NCBI GenBank assembly: GCA_016839765.1
Contig: JAEOTP010000086.1
Span: 1-20,197 of the forward strand
DNA length: 20,197 nt
DNA from: Promethearchaeota archaeon
Lineage (GTDB): Archaea > Asgardarchaeota > Lokiarchaeia > Sigyniarchaeales > SOKP01
Reading direction: 5' to 3'
The position numbers and the translations under genes are program-made. Under the pieces are notes generated by a model that was not told the DNA's origin, ran no database searches, and saw only the letters and a program-made list of their open reading frames with translations. Positions 8,643-16,058 of the stretch are shown piece by piece; within the stretch, counting starts at the first letter, position 1; every line of letters starts with the position of its first letter.

Positions 8643-9593
8643 ATGAATAATAAAGAACAAATAAGAAATGAAGATGATATTAGGAATTCACTTACTGATC
8701 ATGAAAAAGAAAATCTTGATTTAGAGAGTGAATTAGGAAAAAAACTAATATATTTATATGAACAACAAACGGAAAAACATGCTGTTTGGCGGAGTAATGT
8801 TACAGAAGCATTTAAAAAATGGTTAAGAGGAGAAAAAATTTATACTCGCGAAAAAGAGCGCATATCACTTTATGTATCAGAAGAAACTAAAAATGAATGG
8901 CAAGGTTTTATTAATCAAAACAAGGAGGAATTTCCCACTTTTTCCGAACTTATAAGACAGGGTGTAAAATCATTTATCGAGGATTCAGAAAAAGGAAAGA
9001 GTAATCTCTCAAAATTAAATCAACACACAATCTCTAATATCTCTCATGCGTTAAAAGAGCCCCTTACATCAATAAAAGGATATTCTCAATTTTTATTTGA
9101 AAATGAAAGCTATAAGGAAAAATTAACTGAAGACGTTCAAGATAAGCTCAAAAATATATTAGAGCAGAGCAATCTTCTTGAGAATAGAATAATTAGTTTT
9201 TTAGATAATATCAAAATTCAAAATCACGAATATGACATCTTATTAATTGAAGATGATTTAGCAACAATTCGATTAATCACAAGTTATTTTGATAGCAAAG
9301 GATATATTTGTAAGGGTGTTGTTAGCGGTTCAAAAGGTTTGGAAGAATTAGGTAGAGCACAACCAAAAGTAATTCTATTAGATATAATTCTCCCTGATTT
9401 AAGCGGATATGATATCTGTAAAACTATAAAATCAGACAAGGAATTTAGGAAAATTCCCACTTTCTTTTTAACAGCAATTTCTGGCTCAGAAGTTGAAAAG
9501 CATTTAAAAGAAACAAATGCAGATGGGTATATTTTAAAACCTTTTAACTTTTCTGATTTTGGAATAATTTTTGAGATACTAAGAGCTAGATAA
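8643..9593 (+). CDS. RHH - HisKA(DHp)-like - receiver fusion protein, paralogue 1
   Basis: RHH-like ERISLYVSEETKNEW...FPTFSELIRQGVKSFI. H-box SHALKEPLTSIKGYSQ (His135). REC domain with ILLIEDD, ILLDIILPDLSG, FLTA and YILKPF. No HATPase_c domain. Confidence 0.85.
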   Translation: MNNKEQIRNEDDIRNSLTDHEKENLDLESELGKKLIYLYEQQTEKHAVWRSNVTEAFKKWLRGEKIYTREKERISLYVSEETKNEWQGFINQNKEEFPTFSELIRQGVKSFIEDSEKGKSNLSKLNQHTISNISHALKEPLTSIKGYSQFLFENESYKEKLTEDVQDKLKNILEQSNLLENRIISFLDNIKIQNHEYDILLIEDDLATIRLITSYFDSKGYICKGVVSGSKGLEELGRAQPKVILLDIILPDLSGYDICKTIKSDKEFRKIPTFFLTAISGSEVEKHLKETNADGYILKPFNFSDFGIIFEILRAR

Positions 9594-9766
9594 AGTGCTA
9601 CTCCTATCGTCCTTACTCATAGGCGGTTATAAAATTAACATCATCCATATTTTATTTTTATAACTAAAAATGAAAAAAGATAAATTTGGTAAAAAACTAA
9701 TTTTTATCTGGTAATTAGTTTTATGTTTAAAACATTTTTTACAAAAATATCATAAATTGATACATA

Positions 9767-10729
9767 GTGATAATTTTGTCTGGAAAAGAAATTCAAGAGA
9801 ATAATCATAAAAATAAGGAAAATAATAATGTTCCCTTAATGACAGATGAAGAAATTGAAAATCTTGATATATCGAGTCAAAAAGTAAAGAAACTTATGGA
9901 AAAATATCAAAAAGAGACAGATAAATATGCAGTTTGGCGTGGTAATATAACAGAAGCATTTAAAAGATGGTTGAAAGGGGAAAAAATATATGACCGAGAT
10001 AAAGAAAGAATTTCTCTTTATGTTTCTGAAGACACTAAAGACGATTGGCAAACATTTATCAATCATAATAAAGAAACATATAATACCATCTCAAAACTTA
10101 TTCGTGATTCTGTTGATTATTTTATACAAGAAAAATCTAGTATTTTAAGTAATGGATTGAATAAACTGGATAATGAAGCTCTTGCGAATCTCTCTCATGC
10201 ATTAAAAGAACCATTAACCTCAATAAAAGGCTTTTCGCAATTATTATTAGAAAATTATCAAAGTGAATTAGATGAAAATATATTAACAACTATTCAGAAC
10301 ATCTTTGATCAGTCACTTCTTCTTGAAAACCGAATCATAAATATACTAGACAATATAAAAACCGAAACTACTCAATATGATATTTTACTTATTGAAGATG
10401 ATTTAGCAACTATAAGATTACTAACAAGTTATTTTGAAAGTAAAGGATATAGTTGTCAAGGAGTGGTAAGTGGCACTAAAGCAATCGAAGAATTAAGAAA
10501 TAATATTCCAAAATTAATCTTATTGGATATTATTCTTCCGGATTATAGTGGTTATGAAATTAGTAAAATGATTAAATCTGATGGCAAATTAAAAAGTATC
10601 CCTATATTTCTTTTAACTGCTATTCCTGGTTCTGAGGTTAAAAAACATCTGGAAGAAACTATGGCAGACGGTTTTATTCTAAAACCATTTGACTTTTCTG
10701 ATTTTGAAGTTATTTTTCAATATTTATGA
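9767..10729 (+). CDS. RHH - HisKA(DHp)-like - receiver fusion protein, paralogue 2
   Basis: Collinear with 8643..9593: ERISLYVSEDTKDDW...TISKLIRDSVDYFI, SHALKEPLTSIKGFSQ (His144), ILLIEDD, ILLDIILPDYSG, LLTA and FILKPF. The GTG start is uncertain. Confidence 0.85.
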   Translation: MIILSGKEIQENNHKNKENNNVPLMTDEEIENLDISSQKVKKLMEKYQKETDKYAVWRGNITEAFKRWLKGEKIYDRDKERISLYVSEDTKDDWQTFINHNKETYNTISKLIRDSVDYFIQEKSSILSNGLNKLDNEALANLSHALKEPLTSIKGFSQLLLENYQSELDENILTTIQNIFDQSLLLENRIINILDNIKTETTQYDILLIEDDLATIRLLTSYFESKGYSCQGVVSGTKAIEELRNNIPKLILLDIILPDYSGYEISKMIKSDGKLKSIPIFLLTAIPGSEVKKHLEETMADGFILKPFDFSDFEVIFQYL

Positions 10730-10840
10730 TTAGAAAAAAATTTGATATTTTCATATTTTATAATCATAAATACCTAAATAGAAGATTTCTTATATAATAT
10801 ATATTTTATCTTACTAGATATTAATATCCTTAAAATGAAT

Positions 10841-10946
10841 GGGCTATTGGCGCAGTCAGGTAGCGCAACCGGCTCTTAACCGGCAGGTCGGGGGTTCAAA
10901 AATTCGGTTAGAATCTCTCTAACGGTTGAAAATCCCCTATAGCCCG
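10841..10946 (+). tRNA. tRNA-Lys(CTT) with 32-nt intron at position 59/60 (10901-10932)
   Basis: Acceptor GGGCTAT/ATAGCCC. Anticodon loop CT-CTT-AA (10873-10879). The T-loop TTCAAA|T is restored after removing a BHB intron (central helix TTCA/TGAA, bulges AAA and AAT). Confidence 0.93.
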
Positions 10947-11003
10947 CATATTTAAATTTAATGAATTCAACTATTATTTTTAAATCTAGAATTCCTATTT
11001 ATT

Positions 11004-11921
11004 CTAAAAATTAAACAGTTTTTTCGTTTTATCAACTGTTTCAGAATCAAATTTTCTAAATAAGGAATAAGCAGTAATTGGTATAATACAACCACAATTG
11101 GAACATAAGAGTGATGAATTTCCCATGACACAAAACTTTTGCGTTCCATCAGGATAATAACTCCTTATTTCACCGGATTTAAATACACAATATGGTACAA
11201 ATTCTTTTGACATGTATACTTCTAACATTTTTTTGGAATAGAAAATAAAATCTCCATATTCACGCATTACTCTTAACATGGTTAAATTTGTTTTTTTTAA
11301 GATATTTCCTTTTAATAAAAGCGGGTCGTTAGGATAACCAGTATACATTAAGAAAACTAATCCAGAAGCACCATTCTCATAGGCAATTTTAGTAATATCT
11401 TCAATTTCATTATAATTTATTGCCATAATGGTTGTTGCAACCACCGGATTACTTTCCTGAACATTCTGTAAAACTTTGTCAAAAACCTTCACACCTCTTA
11501 TCTTATTATGAGTTTCCTTTGTACCATCTATACTTACCCAATATTTTGGTTGTTTATATCCATTAAATTGAGGTAACTTTATAACTCCATTTGATACAAC
11601 TTGAACTGAAGGGAAAACTTTAATCGCTTCTTTTATAACCTCTATTCTTAAAGTAGGTTCTCCACCAGTTAAAACAGCTACTTTTATTCCTAAATCTCTA
11701 TGATATTTAAAAAATTTAATCCATCCTTCTTTGGATAACTCTGTTCTTTTACTTTCTAATTCCATGGATGATAAGGAAAAATAACAATGCTTACATTTTA
11801 AATTACATTTCCAAGTTAAGTCATAATTCACATATAACGGAATTTTTTTTATTCTTGACTGTAAGATTGATAATCCCATAGAAATACTTCTTCTTATATT
11901 ATCTGGAGTAAAGAGTTTCAT
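11004..11921 (-). CDS. Radical SAM protein with C-terminal cysteine-rich (SPASM/twitch-like) extension; substrate unknown
   Basis: CNLKCKHC (CxxxCxxC), LTGGEPTLR, SNG, VSIDGTKETHNKIRG and C-terminal C...FCVMG...CSNCGC. Confidence 0.9.
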   Translation of the reverse strand: MKLFTPDNIRRSISMGLSILQSRIKKIPLYVNYDLTWKCNLKCKHCYFSLSSMELESKRTELSKEGWIKFFKYHRDLGIKVAVLTGGEPTLRIEVIKEAIKVFPSVQVVSNGVIKLPQFNGYKQPKYWVSIDGTKETHNKIRGVKVFDKVLQNVQESNPVVATTIMAINYNEIEDITKIAYENGASGLVFLMYTGYPNDPLLLKGNILKKTNLTMLRVMREYGDFIFYSKKMLEVYMSKEFVPYCVFKSGEIRSYYPDGTQKFCVMGNSSLLCSNCGCIIPITAYSLFRKFDSETVDKTKKLFNF

Positions 11922-12087
11922 TATAAATATTAAGTTTTAATGATTTAAAAATTAATTTACCACATTTCTATTTGTAGATTTATCAAATTATTCAAGATCT
12001 GTGTTGATATTATCAAATCCATAATTATCAGTGATTTTATGTCGGGCAATAGGACCAACTAAAGTCTTTTTTTTTAAAAAAATTAAA

Positions 12088-12188
12088 CGCAGACGGAGGG
12101 ACTCGAACCCCCGAGCGCTTACGCGCACCGGCTTACTTGAATGATATACTACTCAAGGCCGGCGTCTTACCAGCTAGGCTACGTCTGC
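12088..12188 (-). tRNA. tRNA-Ser(TGA) with 18-nt canonical 37/38 intron (12134-12151)
   Basis: Minus strand: acceptor GCAGACG/CGTCTGC, G discriminator, anticodon stem CCGGC/GCCGG, loop CT-TGA-G|A, BHB helix CTTG/CAAG, long variable arm GCGC-GTAA-GCGC and T-loop TTCGAGT. Confidence 0.95.
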
Positions 12189-12365
12189 GCATTAAAGATG
12201 ATAGATATCTTTTTAACCTAATTAGACTTTTAGTATTAAAATAGATTATATTTAATATAATAAATCTTTTTTTATTCTTCTCTTTAACGATGGAGAGCTT
12301 AGGCGTTATTTAGGGAAAAATATAAATTTTATAATACATTTAACCATAATTGAGATGGTGTTAAA

Positions 12366-12848
12366 ATGAGTGGTGCCAAAGATTTTAGATATCTAATACC
12401 ACAGCGAATTTTTGATGAGATTACTCAAAAAGCCGCTGAAGAATATCCTTTTATTATACATTTTTGGATATTTGCTGATAGAAAAGAAAATTTTGGTATT
12501 GTAAGTAAGTTTATAGTTAATACAGATCTACGTAAGACGAAAGCTCATGTAAAGCCAAGAAGTTGGATGCGTTATAAAAAATCAAAAATTTATAACATGC
12601 GTAAATTCAAACAAGAGCTTGGTGTTGATATTGTATGGCAAGCACACGTCCATCCTACAGGATCGGAAAAGCTTCATGCTATCGATAAGAGAATTCTGAA
12701 GTATTTATCAAATGGAGTCATGATAATTGTTATACCCCCTGTTCCAGATAAGGGACAAGAGGCACATTTAGTTGGCTGGTATTACGATAAGAGATATACT
12801 AAAAAACCAATTATAGAGAAGATGGTATTTGAGATAATCTCTGAATAG
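12366..12848 (+). CDS. Divergent JAB/MPN (JAMM-like) domain protein
   Basis: N-terminal LIPQRIFDEITQKAAEEYP, then AHVHPTGSEKLHAID with the HxHP-x6-(S)xxD spacing of JAMM, followed by a hydrophobic strand (VMIIVI). Confidence 0.7.
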   Translation: MSGAKDFRYLIPQRIFDEITQKAAEEYPFIIHFWIFADRKENFGIVSKFIVNTDLRKTKAHVKPRSWMRYKKSKIYNMRKFKQELGVDIVWQAHVHPTGSEKLHAIDKRILKYLSNGVMIIVIPPVPDKGQEAHLVGWYYDKRYTKKPIIEKMVFEIISE

Positions 12849-12903
12849 ACAAGATTGAAAAAATCTTCATTTTCACTTATTTTTTTATAGATAAATTTAG
12901 GTC

Positions 12904-13140
12904 TTGCCTAAAAAGAGCGATAATTTGTTCACAAAAGCTATTTCTATTATCGGAAAATCAACCTATCATATCCTCTTAACCCAAATTCTCTATTTCGCAA
13001 TAGTATTTTCTATATATGGTGATCATTATAATCTTTGGATATGCGTTTTATATTTGTTAATTAATTGGGGATGCTGTATTCCTTTTGGTGTAGTTTGGTG
13101 GTACGCAGAAAAGAAAATACGAAATTATCGAAAAAGATAA
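12904..13140 (+). pseudogene. Short membrane-protein ORF resembling the C-terminus of acyltransferase-3 family proteins; probable fragment
   Basis: IGKSTYHILLTQ resembles the LGxxSYxIYLxH motif of acyltransferase_3, followed by two hydrophobic segments and WWYAEKK. Only 78 aa with a TTG start, versus roughly 350 aa for full members. Confidence 0.5.
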
Positions 13141-13265
13141 AATAAAATTAAACTACATTTTTCTGAATAAAAAAGATTGAAGCCCATATGGTTTTTCTAT
13201 AAGAATTCTTTCATTAATTCTATTTCTATTTAAATGAGATTAGTAAATTTAAAAGGATTAATAAG

Positions 13266-13348
13266 CGCAAATGGAGGGATTCGAACCCTCGAGTCCATTG
13301 GACACCGGTTTAGCAGACCGGCGCTCTACCAAGCTAAGCGACATTTGC
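13266..13348 (-). tRNA. tRNA-Ser(GCT)
   Basis: Minus strand: GCAAATG/CATTTGC acceptor, G discriminator, CCGGT-CT-GCT-AA-ACCGG anticodon arm, variable arm GTCC-AAT-GGAC and T-arm GAGGG-TTCGAAT-CCCTC. Confidence 0.97.
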
Positions 13349-13406
13349 TTTATAACTCTATTTAATTAATAACACAGAAAAATTTTAATACTTTTTGGAT
13401 TAAATA

Positions 13407-14246
13407 TTATGTTTTATCATCTTTCAGACCTAATTCATGCTTTTTAGACCAATAACCTCTAGAAGGACTTATGATTCCTAATTTCCTACACCACTTTCCT
13501 ACCGTACTATCAGAGACATGATAAATTTTCGCAATGTTAGATTTTGGAAGCTTCCATACTAGATTTTCTAATTCAGTTTTAGTCATTTTTAACTTTCTTT
13601 TATGGCTTCCTTTCCATGCATTTTCTTTTATATTTGCTATTCTCTCTGAACCTGTAGAAAATATATGCCTTTTTCTAGTCAAACTATTTTTATAATTGTC
13701 CAACATTTCATTAAATAATTCCTTTCCCAAATATAAATCATATCCTACACCTTTTCCTTGTTTTTGATGAATTTTAAAATCTAATTTAAATACCATTTTA
13801 ATTTGTTCTAAGAACTTTCTACTTCCCGATGTAATTTTTGTAATTCCCTCTGTACCATCTCCATCAAAAAATCCTAAAAGAAACGCTAAATACAAATCAC
13901 GATTTTGCAACTCAGGTAATTTAATAACTTTAGATTTCCTAGGTACAACACCTTGATTCATTAAGTCGTTAGTTAATTCCTTATTTCCTAAAATGATCCT
14001 GAGCATTCCATTTTTATCATTTAACTGAATATATGATTGATTGAATCCAATTGCATTAGCAAATTGATCTATCAATTGCTTGTCATACCTTTTAATTCTA
14101 ATCATTAATCTCCTTGTTCCTGACTTCCTCTTATCAATATTTATACAGCCATCAGCATATAAGAAGCCGAGCCAGTATGCTTTCTCTTTTGAATTGATCT
14201 TCTTAAAGTAATCATAACGAAGATTGGGGTGAAATTTTGATTTCAT
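13407..14246 (-). CDS. Free-standing double-motif LAGLIDADG endonuclease with C-terminal helix-turn-helix
   Basis: Motif 1 KAYWLGFLYADGCI, motif 2 AFLLGFFDGDG and linker GVVPRKS. C-terminal ELENLVWKLPKSNIAKIYHVSDSTVGKWCRKLGI..PSRGYW HTH. It has its own ATG and stop, with no intein or intron host. Confidence 0.9.
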   Translation of the reverse strand: MKSKFHPNLRYDYFKKINSKEKAYWLGFLYADGCINIDKRKSGTRRLMIRIKRYDKQLIDQFANAIGFNQSYIQLNDKNGMLRIILGNKELTNDLMNQGVVPRKSKVIKLPELQNRDLYLAFLLGFFDGDGTEGITKITSGSRKFLEQIKMVFKLDFKIHQKQGKGVGYDLYLGKELFNEMLDNYKNSLTRKRHIFSTGSERIANIKENAWKGSHKRKLKMTKTELENLVWKLPKSNIAKIYHVSDSTVGKWCRKLGIISPSRGYWSKKHELGLKDDKT

Positions 14247-14479
14247 ATAACTTATGAGTTAAATTTATTTTAAAAATTAAGTCTCTGTTTTGATTTTTCA
14301 ATAAATTTCTCTATTTTAGCTAAGAAGGATAACGTCTTACCAAAATTAATGGATTTGCTTAGAAAAATTAACATATATTTCTTTAGAGTGCAAATAAAAA
14401 ATAAAAAATAATTAATGTTTTGAATAATTAAACACAAATAACATTAAAATCATAATCAATACAAAATATAGGAAAATAA

Positions 14480-14555
14480 GGGCCCGTGGTCTAGTGGTTA
14501 TGACGTCGCGCTTACACCGCGAAGGTCCGGAGTTCAATCCTCCGCGGGCCCACCA
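14480..14555 (+). tRNA. tRNA-Val(TAC), CCA encoded
   Basis: GGGCCCG/CGGGCCC acceptor followed by ACCA. TCGCG-CT-TAC-AC-CGCGA anticodon arm. T-arm CGGAG-TTCAATC-CTCCG. Confidence 0.97.
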
Positions 14556-14562
14556 TTCTTTT

Positions 14563-15363
14563 CTAATTCTCTATTAATTTTTTAATATTGATTGGTCTTA
14601 TGGCGCTTAATTTGCAATTTCTTAAATTTTTTCCAATATCTGCAATAATACCAGGTGCCGAAGTATTATCTTTAAAAATAATTATATTTTCTAAAAATCC
14701 GTATCTATCTATTGCTACAATATCACGAAGATGACCTTTTCTTATCAAAGCTTTTTTAACTTGCCCTTTAGTTTCACCACTTACAAAAACAGCTTCAATA
14801 TTCTCATTTAAAATCTTTCTATAGAAATTTAAGGTTTTATGATCAATCTTACCTTGAATTTGCTTTTTCTCTCTATCAATATGCGTAATTTCAAAATATA
14901 TAGGAAAATTGTCAATAAAATCAAAAGCTTTTATAATTTCTTTTAAAGATTTTTCTTTACCATCACATAACTGTTCTCTTAAAACATGAAGGTTAATTAA
15001 AACATCGAGTTTGGGATTTAAAATCCCACAATCCACAAAAATTCCGAATCCAACCTTCCCCACATCTACCATTAATCCCTTATAGATATTGCCAACTGAC
15101 ACTTGATCATATTGATAAATTGTTCCAAATTCTTTTTTTAATAAGTTATAGACGAATAGTTCTTCTGGACCAAATATTTCTACTTCAAATCTATTGTCAA
15201 AGCTTCTTAACTTCTTTATTTTTACTTTTGTATTTGAAAAACCCTGTGTTTTCTCATTTAAATATTTGGAATACCTTAAGAATATATTTTTTCTTCTTTC
15301 TTTTGATGTAATGTTATAGATTTTATCGTTAAGTACTAGTTTTTTAACCATGAATAATAACAA
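14563..15363 (-). CDS. Conserved archaeal protein, DUF2110-like (S1/OB-fold-like central region)
   Basis: 266-aa ORF (likely start 15351, MVKKLVL). VGNIYKGLMVDVGKVGFGIFVDCGI and C-terminal KGHLRDIVAIDRYGFLE...APGIIADIG resemble DUF2110 from memory. Confidence 0.7.
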   Translation of the reverse strand: MLLFMVKKLVLNDKIYNITSKERRKNIFLRYSKYLNEKTQGFSNTKVKIKKLRSFDNRFEVEIFGPEELFVYNLLKKEFGTIYQYDQVSVGNIYKGLMVDVGKVGFGIFVDCGILNPKLDVLINLHVLREQLCDGKEKSLKEIIKAFDFIDNFPIYFEITHIDREKKQIQGKIDHKTLNFYRKILNENIEAVFVSGETKGQVKKALIRKGHLRDIVAIDRYGFLENIIIFKDNTSAPGIIADIGKNLRNCKLSAIRPINIKKLIEN

Positions 15364-15519
15364 GACTTTAGATTTTAATTGAGATAAATAGCATAATAAA
15401 TTGAACGTAAAATACTTTACTTAGAAATAGAATCCAAATTTTTGTTCTAATAAGATTTAAATTTAAATAATTTATGTTAAATTACACTATAATAAAAATT
15501 ATTAAATTTGATATAAGTT

Positions 15520-15891
15520 ATGGATGAGCAAAGATTTTATGATTTAGTTGCAGCTTTAAGGGAATATGAAGGAACTGAAGAAATCTTTTTATTAAGCCCT
15601 AGTGGGGAAATACTCTTTAAATCTGAAAATTTTCCCTTAACAAATGAAGAAGCCAAAGGAATTCTTACTGCATGGAAAGAAAAAGAACCCGCTCTTATAT
15701 TTCAGAATTATAGGTTCGCAATTTTAAAAAATGATGAAATTCAACTAGCAGCGAAAAATGTTACAGGTGGTAAAGGGAATATTGTTGGGTCAATAACGAA
15801 AGAAGGAGATTATCTTGTTGCCCACACTAGAGATGAGGGAATGATCTTAATAGAATGGTCAATTTTCATTAACAAAGTTGCATGGAGTTAA
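15520..15891 (+). CDS. Asgard profilin-like protein
   Basis: 123 aa. The order helix - IFLLSPSGEILFKSENF - helix - EPALIFQNYRFAILKNDEIQLAAKNVTGGKGNIVG - YLVAH - C-terminal helix matches the remembered pattern of Asgard profilins (GEIIYQSxNW...EPSIIIQGVKY...RLIATNVGGQGHIVG). Confidence 0.8.
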   Translation: MDEQRFYDLVAALREYEGTEEIFLLSPSGEILFKSENFPLTNEEAKGILTAWKEKEPALIFQNYRFAILKNDEIQLAAKNVTGGKGNIVGSITKEGDYLVAHTRDEGMILIEWSIFINKVAWS

Positions 15892-16058
15892 AATAATTTC
15901 TCTTTTAAAATTATCTAAATCATAGGGTATTGAATAAGTATTGTCTTTTTTTTAAAAAATTAAAAAAAAATATAAATTGAATTATTTATTACTTCAATTT
16001 AATTAGTAAAAAAATAATGTAAATAAATTTTAATTAAAAAATATAAAAGGAGATTATC

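Noticed and set aside
8643-10729. Frameshifted or truncated hybrid histidine kinases (pseudogenes)
   Set aside because: Both diverged paralogues join DHp directly to REC in frame at the same point, which argues for a maintained architecture.
12134-12160. tRNA-Sec or suppressor tRNA suggested by TCA on the plus strand
   Set aside because: The tRNA is on the minus strand with anticodon TGA (Ser), a normal 7-bp acceptor stem and a canonical intron.
13407-14246. Intein- or intron-encoded endonuclease
   Set aside because: There are no Hint/intein terminal motifs, no flanking exteins, no rRNA, and no BHB joining the flanks that I could find.
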